Shown in pieces: positions 12,566 to 20,153 of a DNA stretch of 64,000 nucleotides (position 1 is the stretch's first letter; every line of letters begins with the position of its first letter). The position numbers and the translations under genes are program-made. Origin of the DNA: Prorocentrum cordatum. Its lineage: Eukaryota. The DNA is taken from contig CAUYUJ010000300.1 in the NCBI GenBank assembly GCA_963575745.1, positions 1-64,000 on the forward strand, read 5' to 3'. Under the pieces are notes generated by a model. That model saw only the letters and a list, made by a program, of their open reading frames with translations, searched no databases and was not told where the DNA came from.

Positions 12566-13340
12566 TCAGAGTCGCACCTGGCCTGGATTTGAGGCCCCTT
12601 GCAACAGTATGCCCGAGCGCGGGCAATCAAGGTCCTGAGAAAGACTGGAGCGAGGAACGGGTGGCGGCAGAAAACGCAAGTCGGCCAAAAATCGCGGCCC
12701 CACCTGAATGTAAATCTTGCTGTCTTTATGAGCTCCAATGACCTCGGAGCACACTTTAGGCAAGTCGCCTGTCAGCAAGTATTCATGCGTAGCACCGCCT
12801 CTGCGCATGCACAGACTAGGCCGAGATGCGCGCGCCCGAATCTCGCAGGCCAGTGCGAACAAGCAAATGAAAGGCGCGAGGAGACGAGGGCCATGAACGC
12901 CCGTCACGATGCAGCTGCATACGGATGACCGCTCCCTCAAGTGGGTCACCTAGTGTCATCGTCTCTCGTGCCCCCTTTTTGACAGGCTGTCCTTGTCTAT
13001 GTCAACGACATTGTGTTCTGCCGCAAGGCTAGAGCTGAAATCGCGCGCGCCAGAGTACTGCTGGCGCGTCCTCAACAGGTGCTGCACCAAACCCAGTGTA
13101 ACGTTAGCGTGGCTCCTGGTGGCACCCTTGGCCCACAGCAAGGTAAACTTGTAATGCGACATCCGTGTCTCCCCGTTGAACGGCAACGGCAGATTCATGG
13201 CGTTAAGATGGCCGACGAACTGCTGGCTGCTCGACGGAATCTAGCAAGAGCGGCAGCGCCGATCTGGGCATCTTGCAGCTTCCCCAGGCCAGCTCTGGCC
13301 GTGCGCCTGTCGGCGGGGCTAGACCGCTTCCCCTTCCTTC
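12566..13340 (-). pseudogene. Tyrosine recombinase of the retrotransposon, frameshifted and probably internally deleted
   Basis: N-terminal RRTARAGLGKLQDAQIGAAALARFRRA and LWAKGATRSHANVTLGLVQHLL. C-terminal box 'LCMRRGGATHEYLLTGDLPKVC' at about 12755-12820 (compare HSLRRGGAT). 'RGHWSS/IKTAR/IYIQ' with the catalytic Tyr is spread over frames at about 12700-12748. Confidence 0.75.
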
Positions 13341-16300
13341 AGGCGCGACGGCGCGTCCGCGGGGTTCCGAGCAGATGAGGTGAACCCGAATGCTGCCCGC
13401 GCGCCCATCGCCAGCTCCCAGGCCGAGAAGCTGCGCACAACCTTGTTGAGCTGACTGCTGCTTGAGCGGCGCTTTGAGAGCGCACCGATGTTGACCATGC
13501 TGTCGAGGAGGTGCAAGAAGACTCGCTGCTGTCGGCCCAACGATCGAGCACGCCATCGAATCATCATCAGCGCGCCCTGGCACTCCAGTACATTGATATG
13601 TTCAGGAACATCCCACGCCAGCTGTCCTGCCTCACGCCATTGCCAAAGACCTGCATCAATCTCTTGCCGAGGGAAAACTTTGCTGAGCTCCGCAGAGCTC
13701 CCGTCGCCACGGAGGTCCGCACCATTGCTGTGGCACGCCATCACAAGGCCCATCACCAGCCTACGCGAGACATCCGCATCACGCCAGGACGTAGCATCGC
13801 GTTTGGCCAGCTCTGCAAGCAGCACATCTGCATGACATGCTGCGGACTGACAGTGGCAGACCAGCTTGGCACCGCGCAGGTCCTCCAGGCGGCGAAGCAG
13901 CTCGGGCTGCTTGCGCAGCCATCCAGCAAACAGCGCCACCGGGTCCTCGCAGGAGCAGCTCGGGCCCACTGCGAACGGGTTGCCGAAACACGACGGGGTG
14001 AGGCCCCAGCGCCATGAGCCGCGGCCGACGTAGACGAGCCTGTTGGCCGCCGCCGGCGCCGCTGCGGCGGGTTCCTCGCCCGCCTGCTGCCGCTCGGCCG
14101 GTGCGGCTGCGCTGCAGGCCACCAGCTCGTCGCGGACCTCCGCGTCGACCTCCACGCGGCTGCGTCGCAGCGAGGTGGCGTCGCCAGCCCGCAGCTTCCG
14201 CCCGCCAGCCCAGGCCCGAGCGCTCTCGCGCAGCTCGGAGAAGGGCGGCGCCGCCACCAGCAGCCCAGCCGCAACAGCCCAGTGCGCCAGCAGCCACGCC
14301 ACCACCTCGCACTGGAACGAGTTGCCGATCAGCGAACGCCTCAGCCCCTCGTACTTGCTGGGCTCGGCATTCGCCGCACTGCTGGTCATGCAGGGCACGG
14401 TGTGGCCTTCGGCGAAGCCCATCAGCTTCTCCCTCATCGCCGCGTCAGGAGGCGCGATCCGTCCGTCAGGCCAGTGAATGCACCACCTGTCACGGAACTG
14501 GCATGGCGGCGCCGCAAAGGCCGCCTCCTCCCAGCGCGTCAGCTCAGCAGCCGTGCACTCCCCGATGCCCGCGGGCCTGGGGCGCGGCTGCGTGCGCGGC
14601 GTCCAGCGAACGAACGTAGGGAGGGGCTCGCCACCCTCCGCTCCAGGGCCGCGCGCGCCAGCCGGCAGCCACTCCTCGAGCGGCGGGCGCTCCACCTCCA
14701 GCGACACGCGGCGCAGGCGGCGAGAGGCGCCGTCCTTGGTCAGTACCATCACCGTCTTAGCTTCGTACGACGGCAGCAGGTCCCAGGACGGCCAGTAGAG
14801 ACGAGGACGCCTCACCCAGCCAATGTCCCCAGCCTCAACCTCCAAAGGGATCCGCTCGAACAACCCGCTGAGGAGGTGAAGGGCGTCGGACTCTGCCATT
14901 GATGCCACATTTTCCCCAAGGAAGTCAACGCTCACCTCGGGCATGGCCGCCCGCAGGCCTCGGATGACCCTCACCATGTGATCGACAAGCGAGGCGCGCG
15001 AGTCCGACGAGCCCTTGCGGTCGACGTTCAAGCTCGTGTAGATCTGGCATGGGAAGCCGCCGATGACCACCACGCGGGTGATGCGGCCACGGGCCCGCAG
15101 CAGACCAGCCAGGGCAGCAGGGTCAGCAAATGTAACATCTCCGAGGTGCTGCGTGCCAGGGTAAGCGCGCCGCGCGACGCGAACCGCCTGCGGGTCCACC
15201 TCGAACGACAGGTGCGCCGCTGGTACCAGGCCCAGTATCTCGAAGGCTCGGCGTCCGCCACCGATACCATCAAAGACGGTGATCAGGGCGGTCTCCTCCT
15301 CGCAGGCGGCGTTGGCGGGCCGCTGGCGCCTGCCCGCAACGACGCGGCCGCGCTCGGTAAGCGCCGTGCTGTGCACCGCGGCCCCAGCGGCCTCCGACGC
15401 GTCCGACGCCGTCACCAGGTGATCGACATCAAGCGTCATGTCGGCCACGCAGAGCCCCGACAGGGCTAGGCGCATCAGCAAGTCCTCGATCACGCTCACG
15501 CTGAAGCGGCCTCCACAGCGCGGGTCGTTGAGCCACTTCCAGGTGTAAGCGAAGCTCGCGGCCAGCGGGCGGCGGGAGCAGTGCACGCGAGCCCAGCGCC
15601 CAAGAAGAATACGTATCAATTGCATGCTGGCTCGCCTCTTGCCCAGAACCCAGAGCGTGAGGCTGGCCATCTCATTGATGTATCCTGCAGGCGGCCGACG
15701 GACACCCTCAACAAGCTCGCCCAGAGTGGTGGCGCGCACCACGCGGTGCAGGTCCTTGCCCGGGGGGCCAGGGGACCCTGCTGCCTCGTAGCAGACTCGA
15801 GCGTCAGTCAGCAGCTCGGGGACCGTCCCGCGTAACTTGTCGGCCTCAGATTTGTCGACGATCTCGGCGATCTCTAAGTTATCGATGTACGCCATCCAAG
15901 CAGGCGGGCAGGGCTTCTCCGCGCCAAGCGGCAGGCGGCGGCGCCGGGTAATCTCGCAGCTGGGGCTCAGGCCGCGAGGCACCGCGCCGCTGCGGCGCGG
16001 CATGTTGCGATGCAGGTGAGTCGTGACCCCCGCCGCGCTGATCCAGCCCATGCCGATTACCCGCAGGCAGATGTGGGTAGCGCCGCCGTCCTTGAGGCCC
16101 AGTAGGCGCGACGGCACGGGCGGCCCGATCACCATGTGCGGCCACCGCGGCGGCGGTGCACGGAAGACGTAGAAGAAGGCCTTCCTGTCGGCACCGCTCC
16201 ACAGCAAGTCCTCGGACTCCGTCAAGACCAGGCCGTTCAGCTGGCTCATCGTCGGCATCTCGGGCGTGTCGCCAACGATGCACTCCTGGCAGGCGTTCGA

Positions 16301-16342
16301 CGGGATCAGATTGGTGATGAGCCTGAGCACGGGCATCACCAT
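13319..16342 (-). CDS. Open 1007-aa part of Pol: reverse transcriptase, RNase H (N), C5 DNA methyltransferase, DUF4326-like, RNase H (C)
   Basis: RT: LRLITNL, SGADRKAFFYVF, VIGMGWISA, YIDNL. RNase H: VTASDASEAAGA ... HINVLE ... LLDSMV ... NPADAPSR. DNMT: VFDGIGGG, SFEVD, LGDV, GGFPCQ, GENVASM, RRPRLYW, REKLMGF, LIGNSF. DUF4326: YVGR..FGNPF..LVCHC..CHADVL. Confidence 0.9.
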   Translation of the reverse strand: MVMPVLRLITNLIPSNACQECIVGDTPEMPTMSQLNGLVLTESEDLLWSGADRKAFFYVFRAPPPRWPHMVIGPPVPSRLLGLKDGGATHICLRVIGMGWISAAGVTTHLHRNMPRRSGAVPRGLSPSCEITRRRRLPLGAEKPCPPAWMAYIDNLEIAEIVDKSEADKLRGTVPELLTDARVCYEAAGSPGPPGKDLHRVVRATTLGELVEGVRRPPAGYINEMASLTLWVLGKRRASMQLIRILLGRWARVHCSRRPLAASFAYTWKWLNDPRCGGRFSVSVIEDLLMRLALSGLCVADMTLDVDHLVTASDASEAAGAAVHSTALTERGRVVAGRRQRPANAACEEETALITVFDGIGGGRRAFEILGLVPAAHLSFEVDPQAVRVARRAYPGTQHLGDVTFADPAALAGLLRARGRITRVVVIGGFPCQIYTSLNVDRKGSSDSRASLVDHMVRVIRGLRAAMPEVSVDFLGENVASMAESDALHLLSGLFERIPLEVEAGDIGWVRRPRLYWPSWDLLPSYEAKTVMVLTKDGASRRLRRVSLEVERPPLEEWLPAGARGPGAEGGEPLPTFVRWTPRTQPRPRPAGIGECTAAELTRWEEAAFAAPPCQFRDRWCIHWPDGRIAPPDAAMREKLMGFAEGHTVPCMTSSAANAEPSKYEGLRRSLIGNSFQCEVVAWLLAHWAVAAGLLVAAPPFSELRESARAWAGGRKLRAGDATSLRRSRVEVDAEVRDELVACSAAAPAERQQAGEEPAAAAPAAANRLVYVGRGSWRWGLTPSCFGNPFAVGPSCSCEDPVALFAGWLRKQPELLRRLEDLRGAKLVCHCQSAACHADVLLAELAKRDATSWRDADVSRRLVMGLVMACHSNGADLRGDGSSAELSKVFPRQEIDAGLWQWREAGQLAWDVPEHINVLECQGALMMIRWRARSLGRQQRVFLHLLDSMVNIGALSKRRSSSSQLNKVVRSFSAWELAMGARAAFGFTSSARNPADAPSRLKEGEAV
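13805..14040 (-). other. DUF4326-like domain within Pol
   Basis: LVYVGRGSWRWGLTPSCFGNPFAVG...LEDLRGAKLVCHCQSAACHADVLLAEL matches the YIGR/WGNPF/L.GK.L.CWC/CHGDVL pattern as recalled. Confidence 0.8.
14285..15290 (-). other. C5-cytosine DNA methyltransferase domain within Pol
   Basis: Motif I FDGIGG, motif IV GFPCQ (catalytic Cys), motif VI ENV, motif VIII RxRLYW, motif IX (REKLMGF) and motif X GNS, all in order and in frame. Confidence 0.92.
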
Positions 16343-17914
16343 CCCGTCCTGGCACTAGACAGGGGCGTCGTGGGCCTTCGGAACGCCGAAGGCTCCGATC
16401 AGCAGCGGCGACCCATCCCGGCACGCGATGTCAGACGCGGAGATCGGGCCGACCATCCCGCGCTCATGAAGGGCCCCAGCATTGCGATGCCACTCGTCTT
16501 CCGGGGCCCAAACCCGCGCCGAAGTCGGCGCCGCGCGGCGCAGCGCAGGCGGCAGCAGCACCAGCCCAGGGTCCAGCAATGCGTCCCGCACGAAGCCCGT
16601 CGCGACGTCGGCCGCCTCAATCGAGGCCGCAACACCAGGCGGCGGTAAGCCGTCCAGCACCTGCTCCAGGGTCAGCTTGTGAGGCGCGGTGATCTCGGCG
16701 CCACCGTAGCCGATCTTGCGGTCCTTCAGGCGGTCCTCCCAGTTGAGCTCCGCAGGCAGGCTGGTCTCGATGCGCGTCGCCAGGTACAGGCGGCGCCCAG
16801 GGCCGCCAAGGCTGCCCGCTGAGCAGCGTTCGGGCGCCTGCGGCAATGGCGCGCGAACTCCAGCGAGCGAAAGCCTGCGTCCCAGTTGAGCGCCAGCACC
16901 GTGACAACCAGCCTGCAGTGGAATGCCTCCCAGTTCAGGTCGCTAAGGTCGTCGCCGTCGCGCACGACGTCGGTCTTCACGATGGTAGGGTACGGTAACG
17001 GCAGCAAGTCACGTTGCAGCCGACCTCCCATGGTGGCCATATGCTCGCGCAGCTGAGGTTTGAGGGGGTCGCGGACGTAGCGACCGAACGAACCGGGGAA
17101 GTCCCTGACGAGGTTGAGCAAGATCGGGCCCACCCCATAGGGCTCATGGAGCAAATCACCAGCAGCGCCAGCAAGTTCTCTCCAGTCCTCCAGAGGATCG
17201 TGTCGAGGAAAATCATCATCAGCGGTGGGAGATGGCGATCCCAGAGGGGCAGCAGCGCAGTGGTCAGGTAGCGAACGAGACGGCGAGGCCCCAGGCGGTC
17301 CGCGCGGCGCAGCAGCCTGCAGAGGAGCGGCCGCTGCAGCCCGGGCGTCAGCAGCAGGGGCATCGTCACCATGCGCTCTCACCGCGCCGCCGCCGGGGGG
17401 CCAGCCCTGCGGCCGCCAGGCGGGCGGGGCCGCGAGCCGTTGGCTCTCCCTGCGTTGCGTCCCCTGCCGCCGCGGCGTCTCGGGCGACCGCGCCCTGCTC
17501 CCTGGGGCGCCGCCGCCGCCGCTGCTGGCTCGTCCTGCCTGAAGGTGTGGCGCTCGGGGCTCCCCGCCAGCACAACTCGGCGCGGGTGAGGGCTGTCCCC
17601 TCGGGGGGTCCGCTCCGCCTGAGGGGGCGGCGCCCGCGCGCGGGGGCCTCGGGGCGCTGCGGCGGGCCCCTCCTCGGCCCGAGGCGCTGCGGCTGGCGAC
17701 CCTGGAGCGCGAGCGGGGCTGCCCCCTCGGAGCGGGAAGTAGCGGAACCGTCCGCGGCCTCGACCCTTGCCCTTCCCGCGCGAGAGTTCCCGCGCTGGCT
17801 GAGGCGCGGGTCGAGAGGGGGAGCGCGGCCGTTGGCCCTCCCGCGCCCCCCCCTCGGGTCACCCGCGCCCCTGGCCGCGGCCGAACGCCCCGAAGGCTCC
17901 GCGGCTCTTGGCAT
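16343..17914 (-). pseudogene. 5' part of Pol, broken by frameshifts and an in-frame TAG at 16355-16357
   Basis: ATG at 17914 overlaps the gag stop. Pieces RDLLPLPYP..VLALNW..PNAAQRAAL, IGYGGAEITAPHKLTLEQVLDGLPP and LLIGAFGVPK lead in frame into the RT ORF across one stop codon. Confidence 0.75.
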
Positions 17915-19451
17915 CCTCCAAGCGCCTCCGCAGCAGCGCCGAGCGCCGCGCCAGATCCTGCCCGTCCATCGACGCCTGCGACGGCCTCACGTCTGGGACA
18001 ATCTCGAACTCGCTCGCAACCTGCCAGCCCGCGTCCGACAGAGAGAGCTCTAGCGCCTTGAACCTCTGCGTCAACACGTCGCTCAACTGCGGCAGAGCGC
18101 CGCTCTCCAACTGGTCCAGCGCTGTCGCCAAGGTCTGGGGCTCGCGCACCGTGTTGATCCGCAGCTGGGACACGGGGTGGTGGCCGAACACGATGGCCTG
18201 CAAGTAGCCGACCACCTTCGGCGTCGTCTCGGAACCGTCCGCCCCCTCCCGCAGGCCCATGACGCAGGCGATGTTCTGCATCGCCTCGTCGTAGAGCGCG
18301 CCAGGCTGTCTCTCCGCCAGCAGCCGTGCGCTGCCGCCGCGGGAGGGGGCATCTCGAAAACGCGGCTCGCCTTCGCCGTCGCTGCGGCTGCCGGACTCGC
18401 TGCGAGCCCGTCGCCTGCCGCGGCCAGCCACGCCGCGGCCGCCGCCGCCTCCGACCGCAAGCGCGCGGGCAGCTGCTGCGGCTGCCGGGCGGTCGGCGGC
18501 GGGCCCGCCAGGGATGGGAGCGGGGCCGCCTCGACCAGCTCCACCACCACGGCCGCCGAAGGCGCTCGGCCGCACCCAAGGCTCCACCAGGCCGCGCGTC
18601 GAGCGCAGCCGAAGCCACTCCACGTGCAGGACGGCCCGCCCTGCCTGCGCAGGCTCGCCACACCGCGCGGGCCCCTGCGCGCAGAGGTGCAGCAGCCCAG
18701 CAGGACCGCCGCCGCGCGGATGGAAGGCGCCGTCAAAGCGCATCGCCTCAGCAGGCAGGGGCGCGCCTCTGAACTGCGCGCTCAGGTACTGGCCTCCAGC
18801 ACCGGGCGCGCCGACCTCGTCGATCTCGAACAGTGCGGTCCCACTGATCGCCCCCGCCACGTCGTGGGTCGGCAGCTCGACGGCCAGGCCCTGGCGCCAG
18901 TTGGCCCCGACGAGGGCGGCTGCCTGCGTCCAGGCCCCGTCGACGAGCCCGCCAAGCTGCACTCCTGCAGCTGGGGCGACCGCGCCTCCCAACACGCCGA
19001 GGGCAGCGCCCGGTCCTGCGGGCCCCGCGCCAGGCGGCGCGCCCGCGCCTCCAGCTCCGCCAGCGCTAGCAGCGGCCAGCGCGCCAAGCAGCGCCACTCC
19101 GACGCCGCCCCCGCCGCCGCCGCCAGCGCCGTCGCCAGGCGCCCCGAGGGCAGGGGGGGGCGCGCCTGCGGCGCCCGCGCCAAGGGCTCCAGGCAAGCCA
19201 GGGAAGCCGCCGAGCCCGGGCACCACTGGCGCACCAGCCGCGCCGCCTCCAGCGCCTCCGCCAGCCGCACCTCCAGCCGCGGGCGCGAGGCCGCTTCCGA
19301 GGCCGGCGGGCGCACCTGCCGCTCCAGCTGCCGCGCCTGCGCGCCCGCGACCGCGCCGTCCTCCGCCATGTCCAGCGCCTCGGCCGCGGGCGGCAGCGGG
19401 AAGCACAGGAAGAGCCTTCGCCTTCGCCTTGGCCTTGGCCTTAGGCGGCAT
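17859..19451 (-). CDS. Gag-like ORF1 of the YR retrotransposon
   Basis: Open frame from ATG (MPPKAKAKAKAKA), Gly/Ala-rich N-terminus, a CAQGPARC..H motif and a helical C-terminus (TLATALDQL..SDVLTQRFKALE..WQVASEFEIVP). It lies directly upstream of pol. Confidence 0.7.
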   Translation of the reverse strand: MPPKAKAKAKAKALPVLPAAARGRGAGHGGGRRGRGRAGAAAGAAGAPAGLGSGLAPAAGGAAGGGAGGGAAGAPVVPGLGGFPGLPGALGAGAAGAPPPALGAPGDGAGGGGGGGVGVALLGALAAASAGGAGGAGAPPGAGPAGPGAALGVLGGAVAPAAGVQLGGLVDGAWTQAAALVGANWRQGLAVELPTHDVAGAISGTALFEIDEVGAPGAGGQYLSAQFRGAPLPAEAMRFDGAFHPRGGGPAGLLHLCAQGPARCGEPAQAGRAVLHVEWLRLRSTRGLVEPWVRPSAFGGRGGGAGRGGPAPIPGGPAADRPAAAAAARALAVGGGGGRGVAGRGRRRARSESGSRSDGEGEPRFRDAPSRGGSARLLAERQPGALYDEAMQNIACVMGLREGADGSETTPKVVGYLQAIVFGHHPVSQLRINTVREPQTLATALDQLESGALPQLSDVLTQRFKALELSLSDAGWQVASEFEIVPDVRPSQASMDGQDLARRSALLRRRLEDAKSRGAFGAFGRGQGRG

Positions 19452-19725
19452 CGGGCGACAAGGTCGACAGAGCCGTGATCTGCGCCGCCAACAGCCGCGC
19501 CTGCTCAGCGAGCAGCGCCCGCTCCTGCGGTGCCAGCCGCGCCTCGCGCGCCCCCTGCCGCGCCAGCGCGAGGAGGTAGCACAACTCGCACACCTCCAGG
19601 AGCGCGCCGCCCTCCGCGAGGGCCAGACTCTCGCCCTCGGCGAGCCGCCCGGTGCACCAGCCGCAGATCCGAGGCTGCTGGGCACGCGGGGCAGCAAAGC
19701 GCGCGGTGGCGCAAGCAGGGAGCAT
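19441..19725 (-). CDS. Small upstream ORF (94 aa) with two CxxC pairs, putative zinc-binding
   Basis: ATG 22 nt downstream of A1, motifs CGWC ... CELC, and a TAA overlapping the start of gag. Confidence 0.45.
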   Translation of the reverse strand: MLPACATARFAAPRAQQPRICGWCTGRLAEGESLALAEGGALLEVCELCYLLALARQGAREARLAPQERALLAEQARLLAAQITALSTLSPDAA

Positions 19726-19747
19726 CCCAGGCCCTCAAGGCCCTGAT

Positions 19748-19830
19748 CCACAAAGGCTGCCATGCATTCTGATGCGGCCAACGTTCGCTCATTACCCCTC
19801 CGCCCACACATTGACCGTAAACGTGTTCAT
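19748..19830 (-). repeat. Split direct repeat A1 (5' end of element)
   Basis: Identical to 12091-12173. Confidence 0.95.
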
Positions 19831-19974
19831 AACAGGATTCCCCATATTTTCCCATATTTGTATGTTTTTTGTCTTCCCCCCCACTTCCTATATTTTTCCA
19901 CATTTCTTTGGGAATCGACGATTCATTGTGTCTGTGTGTTTCTTTCTCTCCTTATTCTTACGCGGCTGCATGTA

Positions 19975-20153
19975 TCGGGAGCGGCCAAGAGGGGGGTGTC
20001 CAGGGGGGGGGTGCAAATCGTGACCGGCGGGATGTGCGCGGCCCAGCGGGGGGGCCAGGGACGTGATGAAATAAGAAGAGGCGCCATGAAATCTGGGGAG
20101 ATATCATGGCCCCCGCCATGATATCCCCCCCCCTAGTCATCACCCCCCTCTTT
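19975..20153. mobile_element. MITE-like repeat, second copy at about 51928-52120
   Basis: 'tcgggagcggccaagagggggg...gtgcaaatc.tgaccggcgg...ccctagtcatcacccccctcttt'. The second copy has the matching TIR 'cccccctctttgccgcccccga'. Confidence 0.7.

Larger units (their letters stand above)
11687..19830 (-). mobile_element. Full-length tyrosine-recombinase retrotransposon (DIRS order, Ngaro/PAT-like split direct repeats) carrying a C5 DNA methyltransferase
   Basis: Order is gag-like, RT, RNase H (split by DNMT and DUF4326), YR. Terminal structure: A1 (19748-19830), B1 (12176-12492), A2 (12091-12173), B2 (11687-12003). Both flanks belong to one interrupted R1 repeat. Confidence 0.92.

Noticed and set aside
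14285..15290. Bacterial restriction-modification methyltransferase or contamination
   Set aside because: It is fused in frame to RT and RNase H inside a retroelement with defined ends and eukaryotic repeat flanks, and no restriction endonuclease partner is present.
18177..19746. Plus-strand ORFs of 410-433 aa antisense to gag
   Set aside because: They are shadow ORFs caused by the extreme GC and codon bias of the minus-strand gene.
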